A stretch of DNA of 64,000 bases from Deltaproteobacteria bacterium. GTDB lineage: Bacteria; Desulfobacterota; B13-G15; RBG-16-54-18. The stretch is from contig JAFGNJ010000028.1 of assembly GCA_016927065.1 (NCBI GenBank), positions 5,165 through 69,164 of the forward strand, in the 5' to 3' direction. The position numbers were made by a program, and so were the translations under genes. Under the pieces are notes generated by a model, which was not told the DNA's origin, ran no database searches, and worked only from the letters and a program-made list of their open reading frames with translations. Positions within the stretch are counted from its first letter, which is position 1, and each line of letters opens with the position of its first letter. Positions 10,698-20,396 of this stretch are shown in pieces.

Positions 10698-10794
10698 CAG
10701 AAGGGGTCGATCCCGCACCTTAATTAGGATTTTATGGACTGCGGGAGGGAGTACGCTGCTTAGAAGCTTTTTAGATAACAATAAAATTACCTAA

Positions 10795-12138
<1,344 letters not shown>

Positions 12139-12146
12139 AGTAACCC

Positions 12147-12179
12147 AGTCACCCCCGTTTTTGCGGGGGTGACTTTTTA
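12147..12179 (+). terminator. Rho-independent terminator of ahcY
   Basis: GC-rich 10-11 bp stem AGTCACCCCCG/CGGGGGTGACT with TTTTTG loop, followed by a T-run (12175..12178). Lies 9 nt after the ahcY stop. Confidence 0.7.
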
Positions 12180-12214
12180 GGGTGATAATTTTTTATACCA
12201 ATTAAAAATTAATA

Positions 12215-12493
12215 ATGTCTGATATAGACACTTTTGCAATTGGTGTACTTGACTTTCTAGCTATTCTTGCCGCAGCTTGTTTTATTGTGTCATCCATATT
12301 GTTAGCTAAATCAATAAAATTCCGAGCAGAAGATTTAAAGAATCTCAAAAAAGAAGGCGGCGAACTTTCTAAAAATATAGAAAAAATGGGAAGCCCTGGA
12401 CGCATAATAAAACGGAATCTAATATTCGGGTGGATATTAAATGCCCTTGGATATGGCCTTTTAGTTATGAGCATCGTTTTAAGACACGCATAG
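12215..12493 (+). CDS. Small hypothetical membrane protein (two predicted TM helices, 92 aa) in a very AT-rich islet
   Basis: Hydrophobic segments FAIGVLDFLAILAAACFIVSSILLA and LIFGWILNALGYGLLVMSIVL flank a charged loop. About 30% GC. Confidence 0.45.
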   Translation: MSDIDTFAIGVLDFLAILAAACFIVSSILLAKSIKFRAEDLKNLKKEGGELSKNIEKMGSPGRIIKRNLIFGWILNALGYGLLVMSIVLRHA

Positions 12494-12536
12494 GACCATA
12501 CACTTTTGGCCGCGAGAAAAGCAAAGAGATAAAAAT

Positions 12537-13124
12537 ATGAGACCTAGTCCAAAAACACTTTCAAAATTAAAAAAAGATGTCTATCTGAACGCTTTTCGGC
12601 TATTTTCTGATGCCTGTTTATTATATGAAAGTAATGCATATCCAAGTTCTTTTGCACTAGCAATACTGTCTCTTGAAGAACTTGGAAAGTTAGAAATGAT
12701 TGATCATATATGCGATGACATAATTTTGAACCCAGATCACGATCCGCAAGATTTTTTAAGTTTTCTTTTTTCTAGAAGCATGTTTTTTTCTCATAAGAAC
12801 AAGCAAGCATGGGCATCGTTAGACGCGGCTTCAAAAAAGACACATAAAAAGAGGATTAAAGAAATTTCTGATGGTCATTTAGAAAAAACAAAGCAAAAGG
12901 CATTTTATGTAGGATATAAAAATCGTATAAATAATCCAAACAAGATAACATCAAAGCAGGCATTAAAAGAAATAAAAATAGTACATAATAAATTTATTGA
13001 TTTGAAGGATTTAGGGTTTAATGGGTTTTATTGTGAAGAAACAGAAGAATCTATTGAAGAAGCTAAAAAGTATTTATTACAAGTTAAAAATAAATTTAAA
13101 AAAATAAAATCTGTAGCAAAATAA
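12537..13124 (+). CDS. HEPN-domain protein, AbiV-like abortive-infection candidate
   Basis: R80-x5-H86 (SRSMFFSH) matches the HEPN Rx4-6H motif. The N-terminal helix LAILSLEELGKL resembles AbiV-family HEPN proteins. About 195 aa, Lys-rich, roughly 30% GC, and directly after the small TM ORF. Confidence 0.45.
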   Translation: MRPSPKTLSKLKKDVYLNAFRLFSDACLLYESNAYPSSFALAILSLEELGKLEMIDHICDDIILNPDHDPQDFLSFLFSRSMFFSHKNKQAWASLDAASKKTHKKRIKEISDGHLEKTKQKAFYVGYKNRINNPNKITSKQALKEIKIVHNKFIDLKDLGFNGFYCEETEESIEEAKKYLLQVKNKFKKIKSVAK

Positions 13125-13201
13125 TTGAGGGAAATTCAGGAAAACCACTTAACCTTGAGCAAAAGTCCTGATCTTATTGTTTTCTGACATAAAAAACAAA
13201 A

Positions 13202-13813
13202 ATGAAAAAAATCTTTATCGCATTGCTCGTTCTGTTAGGCCTCCTAAGCTGTAGGCCGGCCAGCGAATATCAGCCGCAAAATGGCGACATTATCTTTCAT
13301 GCCTCACAATCGTCTCAGAGTCTTGCTATTCAGAAGGCCACAAAGTCTCAATACAGCCACATGGGGATTATCTTCCTACAAAATGGAACACCCTTTGTCT
13401 TCGAGGCTGTTGGACCAGTCAAGTTCACTCCTCTTCGCGATTGGGTCGCCCGCGGCAACGGCAAGCATTATGTAGTGAAACGCCTTGCCAATGCCCAAGA
13501 AGTTATTACTAAAGAAGCAGCCAATCGTATGGTAGAGGTTGGAGAACTATTTGAAGGCAAACCCTACGATCTTTATTTTGAGTGGTCGGATAATAGGGTT
13601 TATTGCTCTGAACTGGTCTGGAAGATATACAAGCAGGCCCTTAATCTAGAAATCGGTGAGCTCCAAACCATGGCTGAATTTGATCTTACAGATCCTTTGG
13701 TTCAAAAAAAGATTCGCGAGCGATTTGGCGATTCTGTGCCGAAGGACGAAAAGGTAATATCCCCGGCTGCCATCTTCGCCTCGAATCTGTTGATTGAGGT
13801 ACATAAAGAGTAA
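13202..13813 (+). CDS. YiiX-family permuted papain-like (NlpC/P60-like) lipoprotein
   Basis: Lipobox LLSC after a signal peptide. Conserved GDIIFH...YSHMGII and YD..FEWSDNRVYCSELVW blocks are typical of the YiiX/DUF830 permuted Cys-His hydrolases. Confidence 0.6.
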   Translation: MKKIFIALLVLLGLLSCRPASEYQPQNGDIIFHASQSSQSLAIQKATKSQYSHMGIIFLQNGTPFVFEAVGPVKFTPLRDWVARGNGKHYVVKRLANAQEVITKEAANRMVEVGELFEGKPYDLYFEWSDNRVYCSELVWKIYKQALNLEIGELQTMAEFDLTDPLVQKKIRERFGDSVPKDEKVISPAAIFASNLLIEVHKE

Positions 13814-13942
13814 CAAGTAGAACGGGGAACTAAGACACGTTGGTGCCTAAGGTACTTGGCAAAGATAAAGAATTTCTTGTCATAATAAAATTAGAATATT
13901 AGTGGGGGGTTATTCTATGCTGCTTGCCGGAGATGTACATTC

Positions 13943-14746
13943 ATGACACCACTTGATCGGATTCTCTCTCAATACCCCGCTATCAAGGAGATTCTCTTTT
14001 TTTTAAATGACAATCTGCCGCTTATCTTCGGCATCTCTTTCTTCCTGTTCATTCTATTCATCTTCTACTGGGCCTTTTTCAGAGCACCGCGCAAGGCGGC
14101 GAAGCTTCTCAGGGGTCTCGAACAAAAAGGATATAGTCCGGTCCGACCCGATGACCCACAATTAAAGAATACGCTCGAGCGGCTAACTCCGATCATGTTT
14201 CACACCTACAAGCTGTCAACAGTCAGGGAGACTTCCCCCTGGAGGGTCAAGCTGGCCTACGGGCAGCACGACAGCTGGACGAACAGGTTTTTCGCACTGA
14301 TCAATCGTTCCGTGATCCGAACACCACCCGGTAAGAGGAAATGGGAGCACCAGTTTACCATTGCTTTTTTCGAGATCCGTCCCCTCCCGTTCAGACAGGA
14401 GGTACATATTGCCGGGGATCGCTATAAGCTCGATCCCGAATACGGACTGCACGCGGTCGGCAAAGATGCCATTGGGTTGCTTTCCTCACGATTCGTCATC
14501 CATACGCGGGACGGAAAGCTTGACCCATTGCCCGCTCTCCTTCAGGACGCCCTTATAGCATGTGCGCCGTTCCTCAGCATCCGCGCGGTAAAAAAAGGGC
14601 ACTTGAATGATCCTTTCCTCTTCTATGCCCGGATCAGGTTCACTCCTGAAGGATGGGGGCTCATCTCCAACGAATATGTGTATAATCAGAAGAAGATGGA
14701 CGCCCTGCTGGAGGTCGTGGACCGTATTTCTCTGTCGCTTGAATGA
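13943..14746 (+). CDS. Hypothetical membrane-anchored protein (one N-terminal TM, about 200-aa soluble domain of unknown family)
   Basis: TM segment LPLIFGISFFLFILFIFYWAFF. No motif recognised in the remainder. Confidence 0.4.
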   Translation: MTPLDRILSQYPAIKEILFFLNDNLPLIFGISFFLFILFIFYWAFFRAPRKAAKLLRGLEQKGYSPVRPDDPQLKNTLERLTPIMFHTYKLSTVRETSPWRVKLAYGQHDSWTNRFFALINRSVIRTPPGKRKWEHQFTIAFFEIRPLPFRQEVHIAGDRYKLDPEYGLHAVGKDAIGLLSSRFVIHTRDGKLDPLPALLQDALIACAPFLSIRAVKKGHLNDPFLFYARIRFTPEGWGLISNEYVYNQKKMDALLEVVDRISLSLE

Positions 14747-14800
14747 ACGTGTCGCAGTATCGGAGTCGCGTTTTCACATGGAAAAAGTTCTGAAGCTCAT

Positions 14801-15112
14801 ATGATCAGATGTTCCCAATGCGGAAGGGAGTTCGACCAGCAGACGAATAAAGGATTTCGTGCGTCTATCTCTGGCGGCATCATGGGAGATGAATATATTG
14901 AATCGTACTTTTTTTGTGATCATTGTGAGGTTTACACAGTAGAGGTTTGTCATGACCGATTTCTTGGCGAGGAGGACGTCTCTATACGGGGTCCGGTGTC
15001 TAAATCAGACGGCGATGCAAAGGTCGAATTGATTAAACAGTGCACCGAGCCCTGGAACAAAAAATGCCGCTGTGAAGCGCACCAGGCATATTTTGGGCCA
15101 TGGCTTGACTGA
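14801..15112 (+). CDS. Small Cys-rich zinc-ribbon protein (hypothetical)
   Basis: CSQCG...CDHCEVY four-Cys ribbon near the N-terminus plus additional Cys/His (KKCRCEAH). 54 nt downstream of the preceding ORF. Confidence 0.4.
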   Translation: MIRCSQCGREFDQQTNKGFRASISGGIMGDEYIESYFFCDHCEVYTVEVCHDRFLGEEDVSIRGPVSKSDGDAKVELIKQCTEPWNKKCRCEAHQAYFGPWLD

Positions 15113-15260
15113 CAATAGCGCCGATAGAGAGATTTGTAGTCATTCCTATGCGAGCGCACGAGGATTTCGGGAGATAGGGCTTGCGGCTTGGCATTGAACA
15201 AAAGAAGTGAACAACATCTGCGAGATTTTTATAGTCTTATAGTATAGGAGGGTTCTCAGA

Positions 15261-16445
15261 ATGAAACGGATAATAATAGCATCCATAATACTTATAATGA
15301 TTATTGCAGGAGGATTGATCATAACATGGTTGAGATCATCCACCCCCTCGTTTGATAACCTAGATCAGGCAATGGAATATCTGGTTTCCAACTTGGTAGA
15401 GAAGGACAAATCAGTTAAGAATTGCGTTCTTTCCGTGATGAAGGGTGATGGTTCCTTCTCCTGGTCAGGCGCGACGGGAATCGCCAGCCAAGACAATCAG
15501 GTGCCCATGACCAAAGACACCCCTATCTATATCGCCAGTATCACCAAGCTATATACGGCCACGGCAATTATGCGATTATATGAAAGTGGAGCGCTCTCGT
15601 TAGATGATCCGATGGCGAAATACCTTCCGGAAGGGCTTATTCGAGGCATTCATGTGTATCAGGGAAAGGATTATTCCAGCGAGATTACCATAAAACAATT
15701 GTTGTCGCATACCTCAGGCATAGCGGATTACTATACCGAGAAGCCGAAAGGAGGAAACAGCCTCTTTGAATTGTTCCTGCAAGAGCCGGACCGTTCATGG
15801 ACCGTGGATGAGACAATCGAAAGGGCACGAAAGGATCTCAAACCTAATTTCCCGCCAGGCACGGCGGCATCCTATTCAGACACCAATTTCCAGTTATTGG
15901 GTAAGATTATCGAGGCCGTAACCGGCAAGCCGCTTCATATTGTTTTTGAGGAATTTTTCTTTCGTCCCCTGGGCCTCACGCACACGTGGTTGATCGGCCG
16001 TTCGAAACCACAGGTCGCACCATCCGCCAAGCCTGCGGACGTATTTTACAAAGATATGAATATTACCAAGACCCGCACGAATGGGAGCTACTGGGCTGAC
16101 GGCGGTATTGTTTCCACCGCAGATGAAATGATCGTTTTCTTAAAAGCCCTCAATGAAGGCCGCTTAGTTAGCAGCGACACGCTGAAATTGATGCACAACT
16201 GGCACAAATTGCACTTTCCGCTACAATATGGGTACGGCACGATGTACGTCAAATTCCCCCGCTTCATGAACATGGTCATGCAAGTGCCGTCCTTGTGGGG
16301 ACATTCGGGTTCTACCGGCTCATTCCTGTACTATTCCGAGGACCTGAATCTGTACCTGGCCGGGACCATTGATCAGACAGCATCGCAATCGAAACCGTTT
16401 AGAGTAATGTCTAAGGTCATCAAGGCTATGCAATTGAAAAGGTAG
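15261..16445 (+). CDS. Serine hydrolase of the beta-lactamase / PBP family, N-terminally membrane-anchored
   Basis: SxxK motif ASITK, YxN motif YSDTN and a later HSGSTG box, as in class C beta-lactamase-like esterases. N-terminal TM helix. Confidence 0.7.
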   Translation: MKRIIIASIILIMIIAGGLIITWLRSSTPSFDNLDQAMEYLVSNLVEKDKSVKNCVLSVMKGDGSFSWSGATGIASQDNQVPMTKDTPIYIASITKLYTATAIMRLYESGALSLDDPMAKYLPEGLIRGIHVYQGKDYSSEITIKQLLSHTSGIADYYTEKPKGGNSLFELFLQEPDRSWTVDETIERARKDLKPNFPPGTAASYSDTNFQLLGKIIEAVTGKPLHIVFEEFFFRPLGLTHTWLIGRSKPQVAPSAKPADVFYKDMNITKTRTNGSYWADGGIVSTADEMIVFLKALNEGRLVSSDTLKLMHNWHKLHFPLQYGYGTMYVKFPRFMNMVMQVPSLWGHSGSTGSFLYYSEDLNLYLAGTIDQTASQSKPFRVMSKVIKAMQLKR

Positions 16446-16473
16446 CTTCAGTTAAGGGCTTCTGTGTCGCCGT

Positions 16474-17415
16474 TTGACATGGGGAAAATCTCTATGCAAT
16501 AGGGTCAATATAAGAATGTCACAGAAACGGATTGAGCATACAACATCCAGGACTGCCGAGTGGATCTGCATGTGCCGGGCAATCTCCTCTCTTGAGAAAG
16601 ATCCTTGCTACCGAAGCGCAGATTGGGTTGCGCGATCCCTCTTGCCTGACTTTCTGCGGCTGTTGATCCGTATCCCCTACGTCGCAAAACTCTTGATCAA
16701 GGCCTTTTCGACAAAGGGGAGCTATGAATACGTGATCGCACGAACGAAGTATATCGACGCTGTTTTCAGCCAGGCCCTCTCCGACCGGTTTGCGCAGATA
16801 CTCCTCTTTGGCGCAGGGTTTGATACGAGGGCGTTGCGCCTTCAGGGCAAAGAACAAAAAACCAGGATATTCGAGCTGGATGCGCCCGCGACACAGCAGG
16901 CAAAGATCAACCAGTATCAAAAGCGGCACCTCGGCATCCCCTCCAATGTGGTGTTTGTCCCCATCGATTTTGACAAGGAATCCCTGACAATGAAGCTGGA
17001 TCAGGCCGGGTTCAACCGTGATGCGCGAAGTCTCTTCATCTTGGAAGGGGTGTTGATGTATCTGCTGCCCTCATCGGTTGATCAAACGTTTCGGACGATC
17101 CGGGAGCTAGCCGGGGCAGGGAGCGAGGTTGTTTTCGACTATGTCTATGCCTCCGTTCTCCGGCATGAAGAAAAATATTATGGCGAAAAAGGTTTTGCAG
17201 ATGCCGTGGCAAAGACTGGTGAGGAGTGGCGCTTCGGCATCGAGAAGGGAGAGATCAAGCAGTTTCTCTCGAAATACGGCTTGGAGCTTCGCGACCACCG
17301 GGATGCGGGCGAGCTGGAGGAGATGTATTTCAAAGACCCATCCGGCAGGATCGTCGGACGGGTCAATGGCACGCACTGCCTGACAAGGACCAGCTGGATC
17401 AAGGGTACGGCTTGA
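16474..17415 (+). CDS. Class I SAM-dependent O-methyltransferase (TIGR00027 / leucine carboxyl methyltransferase-like family)
   Basis: VIARTKYIDAV..., LFGAGFDTR glycine-rich SAM motif, FELDAPATQQ, and LFILEGVLMYL. The likely true start is ATG 16516 (MSQKR...). Confidence 0.7.
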   Translation: MTWGKSLCNRVNIRMSQKRIEHTTSRTAEWICMCRAISSLEKDPCYRSADWVARSLLPDFLRLLIRIPYVAKLLIKAFSTKGSYEYVIARTKYIDAVFSQALSDRFAQILLFGAGFDTRALRLQGKEQKTRIFELDAPATQQAKINQYQKRHLGIPSNVVFVPIDFDKESLTMKLDQAGFNRDARSLFILEGVLMYLLPSSVDQTFRTIRELAGAGSEVVFDYVYASVLRHEEKYYGEKGFADAVAKTGEEWRFGIEKGEIKQFLSKYGLELRDHRDAGELEEMYFKDPSGRIVGRVNGTHCLTRTSWIKGTA

Positions 17416-17522
17416 CGTTTGACCATGCTCTGATCTCATTAGTTTTTAAAGATTCAGAGTCTTTTTTTAATGCTAATGGACTGATAATATGATATAAATA
17501 TTGGCCAAAGGAGAATGTCGAA

Positions 17523-18179
17523 ATGGAAAACATAGTACAGTGGGCAAAGGAGTTGAAACAGGCGCTGGGCAATAACCTGGTGAGCGTCATCCTATACGGG
17601 AGCGCGACGCGCGGGGAGTATGTCCGAGCCCGATCGGACCTGAATCTGATGCTCGTCTTCAAAAAGCTTGATCTGGGGCATATAACGCAAGTCGGGAAAT
17701 TAATGCGCAGGAAGGTGCGAAAGCAGTTGCCGCAAATGGTCTTTTGGACCGAAGATGAATTAGCGAATGCCTGGGATGTCTTCCCCCTGGAGTTCGAGGA
17801 TATTATGGAAAACCACCGATGCCTTCTGGGTAAGGATCCCTTTACAAAACGAAAAGTCGATAAAAAACACATGCGGTATCAAATAGAGTTTGAGCTCCGT
17901 TCTAAGCTGATCAACGTGCGGGACACCTGGCTGAACAGCTATCGGAACAAATACGCACTTGAGATGTTCCTCATCAAGGCGGGTAACTCATTCGACTACC
18001 TCATCCGCAAGGCCGATACCGTCCTCGGCAAAAAACTGGTTATTCCCCAGGACGTCTTTGACAAGATCAAGAAACTGAAAAAGAAGGAAATTCGCTTAAA
18101 ACGAGGCGAGCTCCAAGGGCTTTTCCATCAATTGCACGAAACCGTAGAATCTGTGATCGGTCAAATCGATAAGGCGTAA
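17523..18179 (+). CDS. Nucleotidyltransferase-domain protein (Pol-beta superfamily) with atypical SDLNL motif and alpha-helical C-terminal domain
   Basis: LYGSATRGEYVRARSDLNLMLVF matches the GS-x(9-13)-D-x-D minimal NTase motif except that the second Asp is Asn. The C-terminal 110 aa are predicted helical. Confidence 0.55.
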   Translation: MENIVQWAKELKQALGNNLVSVILYGSATRGEYVRARSDLNLMLVFKKLDLGHITQVGKLMRRKVRKQLPQMVFWTEDELANAWDVFPLEFEDIMENHRCLLGKDPFTKRKVDKKHMRYQIEFELRSKLINVRDTWLNSYRNKYALEMFLIKAGNSFDYLIRKADTVLGKKLVIPQDVFDKIKKLKKKEIRLKRGELQGLFHQLHETVESVIGQIDKA

Positions 18180-18184
18180 GCCAC

Positions 18185-19138
18185 ATGAAAGGGTTATCCA
18201 TGAATCGGGTACGACGAATCGTTCTGCTGGTCAGCTGTATCTGCGTGGTCGCTTCGACGTGCGCATGGGCGGCAATGCCAGCAAGGCCGCAGGGCTGGGT
18301 CAATGATTTTTCCGGCATTCTTTCCGACAACACTCGGGCCCAGATCACCGGCCTGTGCGATGAGGTAAAAAGATCCACCGGCGCTGAGATAGCCGTGGTG
18401 ACGGTCACCTCGTTAGAGGGGATGAGCGTTGAAGAGTATGCCGTCAGGCTCTTCGAACAATGGGGAATCGGGGAAAAGGATAAAGATAACGGCGTCCTCT
18501 TCCTCATCGCGCCGAACGAGCGCAAGACGCGCATCGAGGTCGGCTACGGCCTGGAGCCCGTCATCACGGACGGCCGGGCAGGCGAGATTATCAGAGAGAC
18601 CGCATTGCCTTTTTTCAGGGCGAATGATTACGACCAGGGGATTTTACAAGGGAGCAGGCAGATCGCGGCGTTTATTACCGGCAAGGACTTTGTGCCCAGC
18701 GTTCAAATACCAGAGACTGAGCCGCAGTCAGATGAGCCGTGGCCGGTAAAGGTGGGCATCATGCTCTTTTTCGCCCTCTTTATTACCTTGGGTTTTCTGG
18801 CCATAGGTTATGCGCTGCGTCAGAAGGGGCAGGGCTTTTTCCTGATCTGGGGTGCAGGCTTCGGGGGTATTCCCTTGGCCATGAGCTTTGCGTTTAGCTG
18901 GGCTATGGGATTTCCCATATACATCCTGCCGGCGTGGGCCCTGTTCGTACTCATCATTGGGCTGCGTTATGCCAAAACGACTATCCACAAAGCCTTATCG
19001 TCGGGTGCCTCGTCGTCCGGCGGGAGAAGGTCTTACTCCAGTAGCGGGTCCAGCTTCGGCAGTTTCAGCGGCGGTTCCAGCTTCGGTGGCTTCAGCGGTG
19101 GGTCATCAGGCGGAGGGGGCTCCAGCGGATCGTGGTAA
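18185..19138 (+). CDS. TPM-domain (TLP18.3/Psb32/MOLO-1, YgcG-like) protein with TM segments and Gly/Ser-rich tail
   Basis: Signal peptide. Conserved GVLFLIAPNERKTRIEVGYGLE TPM core. Hydrophobic region IMLFFALFITLGFLAIGYAL. C-terminal SSGGRRSYSSSGSSFGSFSGG low-complexity tail. Confidence 0.7.
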   Translation: MKGLSMNRVRRIVLLVSCICVVASTCAWAAMPARPQGWVNDFSGILSDNTRAQITGLCDEVKRSTGAEIAVVTVTSLEGMSVEEYAVRLFEQWGIGEKDKDNGVLFLIAPNERKTRIEVGYGLEPVITDGRAGEIIRETALPFFRANDYDQGILQGSRQIAAFITGKDFVPSVQIPETEPQSDEPWPVKVGIMLFFALFITLGFLAIGYALRQKGQGFFLIWGAGFGGIPLAMSFAFSWAMGFPIYILPAWALFVLIIGLRYAKTTIHKALSSGASSSGGRRSYSSSGSSFGSFSGGSSFGGFSGGSSGGGGSSGSW

Positions 19139-19157
19139 CTGCGCCCTTGTTAGATCT

Positions 19158-20396
19158 TTATCTTTGAGTTTGTGGTAATTTGATCTTCCGACAGAAGCAG
19201 AAAAGGATGGAGGCAACGCTTACGACGCCGGCAAGGAGAAACCACGCGCGCTGATATCCACCGAAGGTATCAAAGATCCACCCGGCCAAAGGCGCGCCGA
19301 TCAGCTGCCCCAGCATCAGGAAACTCCCTGCCAGGCCGATGATCGTACCCAATCGCTCTCTGCCGAAATACCCAGCTAATAATCCGCTCAACATGGGCAC
19401 ACCACCCCCCCAGCCGATGCCAAAGGCGAGAATGAATATCGGGATCGGCCAGAGCCACCCAAACGCTGAAAATGCCAGCATGAGGGCACCGAGGCCGGTG
19501 AGCAGAAAGGCCAGGAACGCGACCCAGCGCCGGTCAATCCGATCACCCAGCCAGCCAAAGCCGATGCGACCTATAATCGTCACCAGCGGCACGGCGCAGG
19601 CTATAGTACTTTGCGTTGATCTCGCCATGCCAAGGCTGCTGAAGTACGGCATGATATGGGTCATCACGGCGCTGACAGGTAGACCGTGGAAGAGAAAGGC
19701 CACGGCGATAAACCAAAAGGTCCCGCTGGCCAGAGCCGCTTTCGCTCCGAAATTGGCCTCTTGACTTGGTGTTGTAATGGTTTGTTCCTTATCTGCGAGA
19801 GGGCTCTGTACCTCGCCGTCAGGGAGGTAGCCATACTTCTCGGGCCGGTGTCGGAGGAGGAATGACAATGGCAAGGGTATAGCCCACATCCCCACCCCCA
19901 TAATTATCATGGCCTGCCGCCATCCGCATGTATCAATTACCCATGTTACCAGGAGAAGGAGCAACCCCCCCAATGGAACGCCGCTGGCCGCGAGCCCCAT
20001 GGCTAACCCCACCCTTTTGCGGAACCATTTTGCTACGGCTGACATCAACAAAGACGTTGAGGCAGTCGTTAATCCTGCAGCGATAAAAACAAAAGAGACG
20101 TAAAACATTGTAAGAGATTGGATTTGGCTCAGGAGGATTAACCCAAGGCCGCTGAGGATTGCCCCGCTCGAAACCAATTTTCTTGGCCCCCAGCGATCCA
20201 TGAGCATACCGGCAACGGCGACAAGAAGGCCGGTCTCCAGGCCGCGCAATGAGGCCGCGAGGGAAATTTGGGTATAGCTCCAGCCGAATTCTCGTGCGAT
20301 GGGTTCAAAGGCGGCGGTAAAACCCAGGTATAACGTTCCACTGGTATAAACCGAAATAAGAGAACAGGCAATTACAAAATACCATCCATAGTACAT
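19158..20396 (-). CDS. MFS transporter (oxalate/formate antiporter-like subfamily), paralogue A
   Basis: 12-TM profile and MFS motif GMLMDRWGPRK. About 60% identical to the ORF at 35376..36605. Confidence 0.8.
   Translation of the reverse strand: MYYGWYFVIACSLISVYTSGTLYLGFTAAFEPIAREFGWSYTQISLAASLRGLETGLLVAVAGMLMDRWGPRKLVSSGAILSGLGLILLSQIQSLTMFYVSFVFIAAGLTTASTSLLMSAVAKWFRKRVGLAMGLAASGVPLGGLLLLLVTWVIDTCGWRQAMIIMGVGMWAIPLPLSFLLRHRPEKYGYLPDGEVQSPLADKEQTITTPSQEANFGAKAALASGTFWFIAVAFLFHGLPVSAVMTHIMPYFSSLGMARSTQSTIACAVPLVTIIGRIGFGWLGDRIDRRWVAFLAFLLTGLGALMLAFSAFGWLWPIPIFILAFGIGWGGGVPMLSGLLAGYFGRERLGTIIGLAGSFLMLGQLIGAPLAGWIFDTFGGYQRAWFLLAGVVSVASILFCFCRKIKLPQTQR

Noticed and set aside
9615-10781. 388-aa ORF antisense to metK
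   Set aside because: It lies entirely inside a gene with unmistakable MetK motifs on the opposite strand. Long antisense ORFs are expected in 55-60% GC DNA. It has no motif content (Arg/Pro/Gly-rich).
17416-17522. AAAGA-ttcagag-TCTTT hairpin plus T-run after the methyltransferase gene as terminator
   Set aside because: Only a 5-bp AT-rich stem. It may act weakly, but it is not convincing enough to annotate.
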